Assembly (NCBI GenBank): GCA_051294375.1
Contig: CM119267.1
Location: 19,962,251 to 20,026,250, forward strand
Reading direction: 5' to 3'
Source: Paraspadella gotoi
Lineage: Eukaryota; Animalia; Chaetognatha
DNA: 64,000 nucleotides
Positions 63,330-64,000 of this stretch are shown here, in pieces. The first letter of the stretch is position 1. Each line of letters starts with the position of its first letter. The notes under the pieces are model-generated. The model had not been told where the DNA came from, searched no databases, and was given only the letters and a program-made list of their open reading frames with translations. The position numbers and the translations under genes were made by a program.

Positions 63330-63617
63330 CCAAAATATTTTTATAAGTTTTTACTTTTATGTTTCAAAAGCTTATGTAAATTTTATAAAATTTTAATAAT
63401 TTGATTTATCATAATTATAATTGTTTTCTTTTTTATGACAATTTTATATACATTAAAAATTGTCATTTTTGGCAAGAAAGATAAAATTATACAAAAAAAT
63501 GGTCATCACCATCGAATTTTACAGATCTGTCTACACTAAAATAGCTATGTACCTTATTCGATTTGTTATATTTTGTTATTTTTAAATGACCTACTAATTA
63601 TTCCTATTCTTAATAAC

Positions 63618-63690
63618 TAGTGTTCCGATAACCGTTAACTGTTAACGGTTATGAACGGTTAAAAATAATTTTAACTTAACCATTAATATA
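63618..63690 (+). mobile_element. Terminal fragment of a DNA transposon/MITE with AACCGTT subterminal motifs (inverted copy at ~50140-50245)
   Basis: TAGTGTTCCGATAACCGTTAACTGTTAACGGTT..; hAT-like TAG start. Superfamily not established. Confidence 0.5.
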
Positions 63691-64000
63691 TTTATTTATA
63701 CTTCATCATCGTTTAAGTGGATTTTATCAGTTTTTTTATATTTTCACTTAGAAAACGTAGAATTTTTAAAAGCAGTAATTATATTTCTTGTTTAACTTTT
63801 TATGTGCTCTATCAGAATCCATCAAAAAATTTTAAGAAGATTTAAAAAAAAATTTTTGTGGCTCTAATAGTAATATAATATTTTTTTTAATTAGGGGCTA
63901 GTACCCATCAGAAGAAAGCATATTTGAAAAAAAAAATTAATTGTATTTAAACTACCGCATAATCTTAATTGGTCATGGATATGCATTATTTTTAACGCTG

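Larger units (their letters stand above)
55160..63690. other. Redundant forward and reverse re-reads of 49900-53400 (low-quality gap fill)
   Basis: The same insertion junctions recur in alternating orientation with dense random indels; 25-N gaps at 48250-48274 and 62640-62664. Confidence 0.8.

Noticed and set aside
63290-63330. Hammerhead from CTGATGA on the LTR antisense strand
   Set aside because: No GAAA after a stem II and no cleavage triplet.
55160-63690. Giant natural palindrome or novel repeat array
   Set aside because: The error pattern and reused junctions indicate redundant reads.

Overview
Animal-type genomic scaffold with AT-rich introns and intergenic DNA, GC/CpG-rich exons, GT-AG introns and seven N gaps. 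Genes: (1) the 3' ten coding exons of urocanate hydratase (UROC1, +, 795-5865); (2) a three-exon XK-related membrane protein gene nested on the SAME strand in a UROC1 intron (2042-4150); (3) a complete 11-exon R3-subtype receptor tyrosine phosphatase (-, 17954-6701, ~2195 aa) with an unexpected N-terminal LCCL domain; (4) the 5' exons of a second, very diverged, possibly XK-like membrane gene (+, from 25581). The remainder is nested mobile DNA: Penelope-like insertions with head-to-head pseudo-LTRs carrying minimal hammerhead ribozymes, two families of miniature LTR elements whose LTRs contain a tRNA-like module (Helenus-type TRIMs, 4-bp TSDs), DINE-1/HINE-like elements with 18-bp arrays, palindromic MITEs and a decayed LINE. 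Sequence from ~48.3 to ~62.6 kb looks like unpolished long-read gap fill, so copy numbers and inversions there are unreliable. All calls were made by eye from motifs and splice-phase checks; no database search was run.
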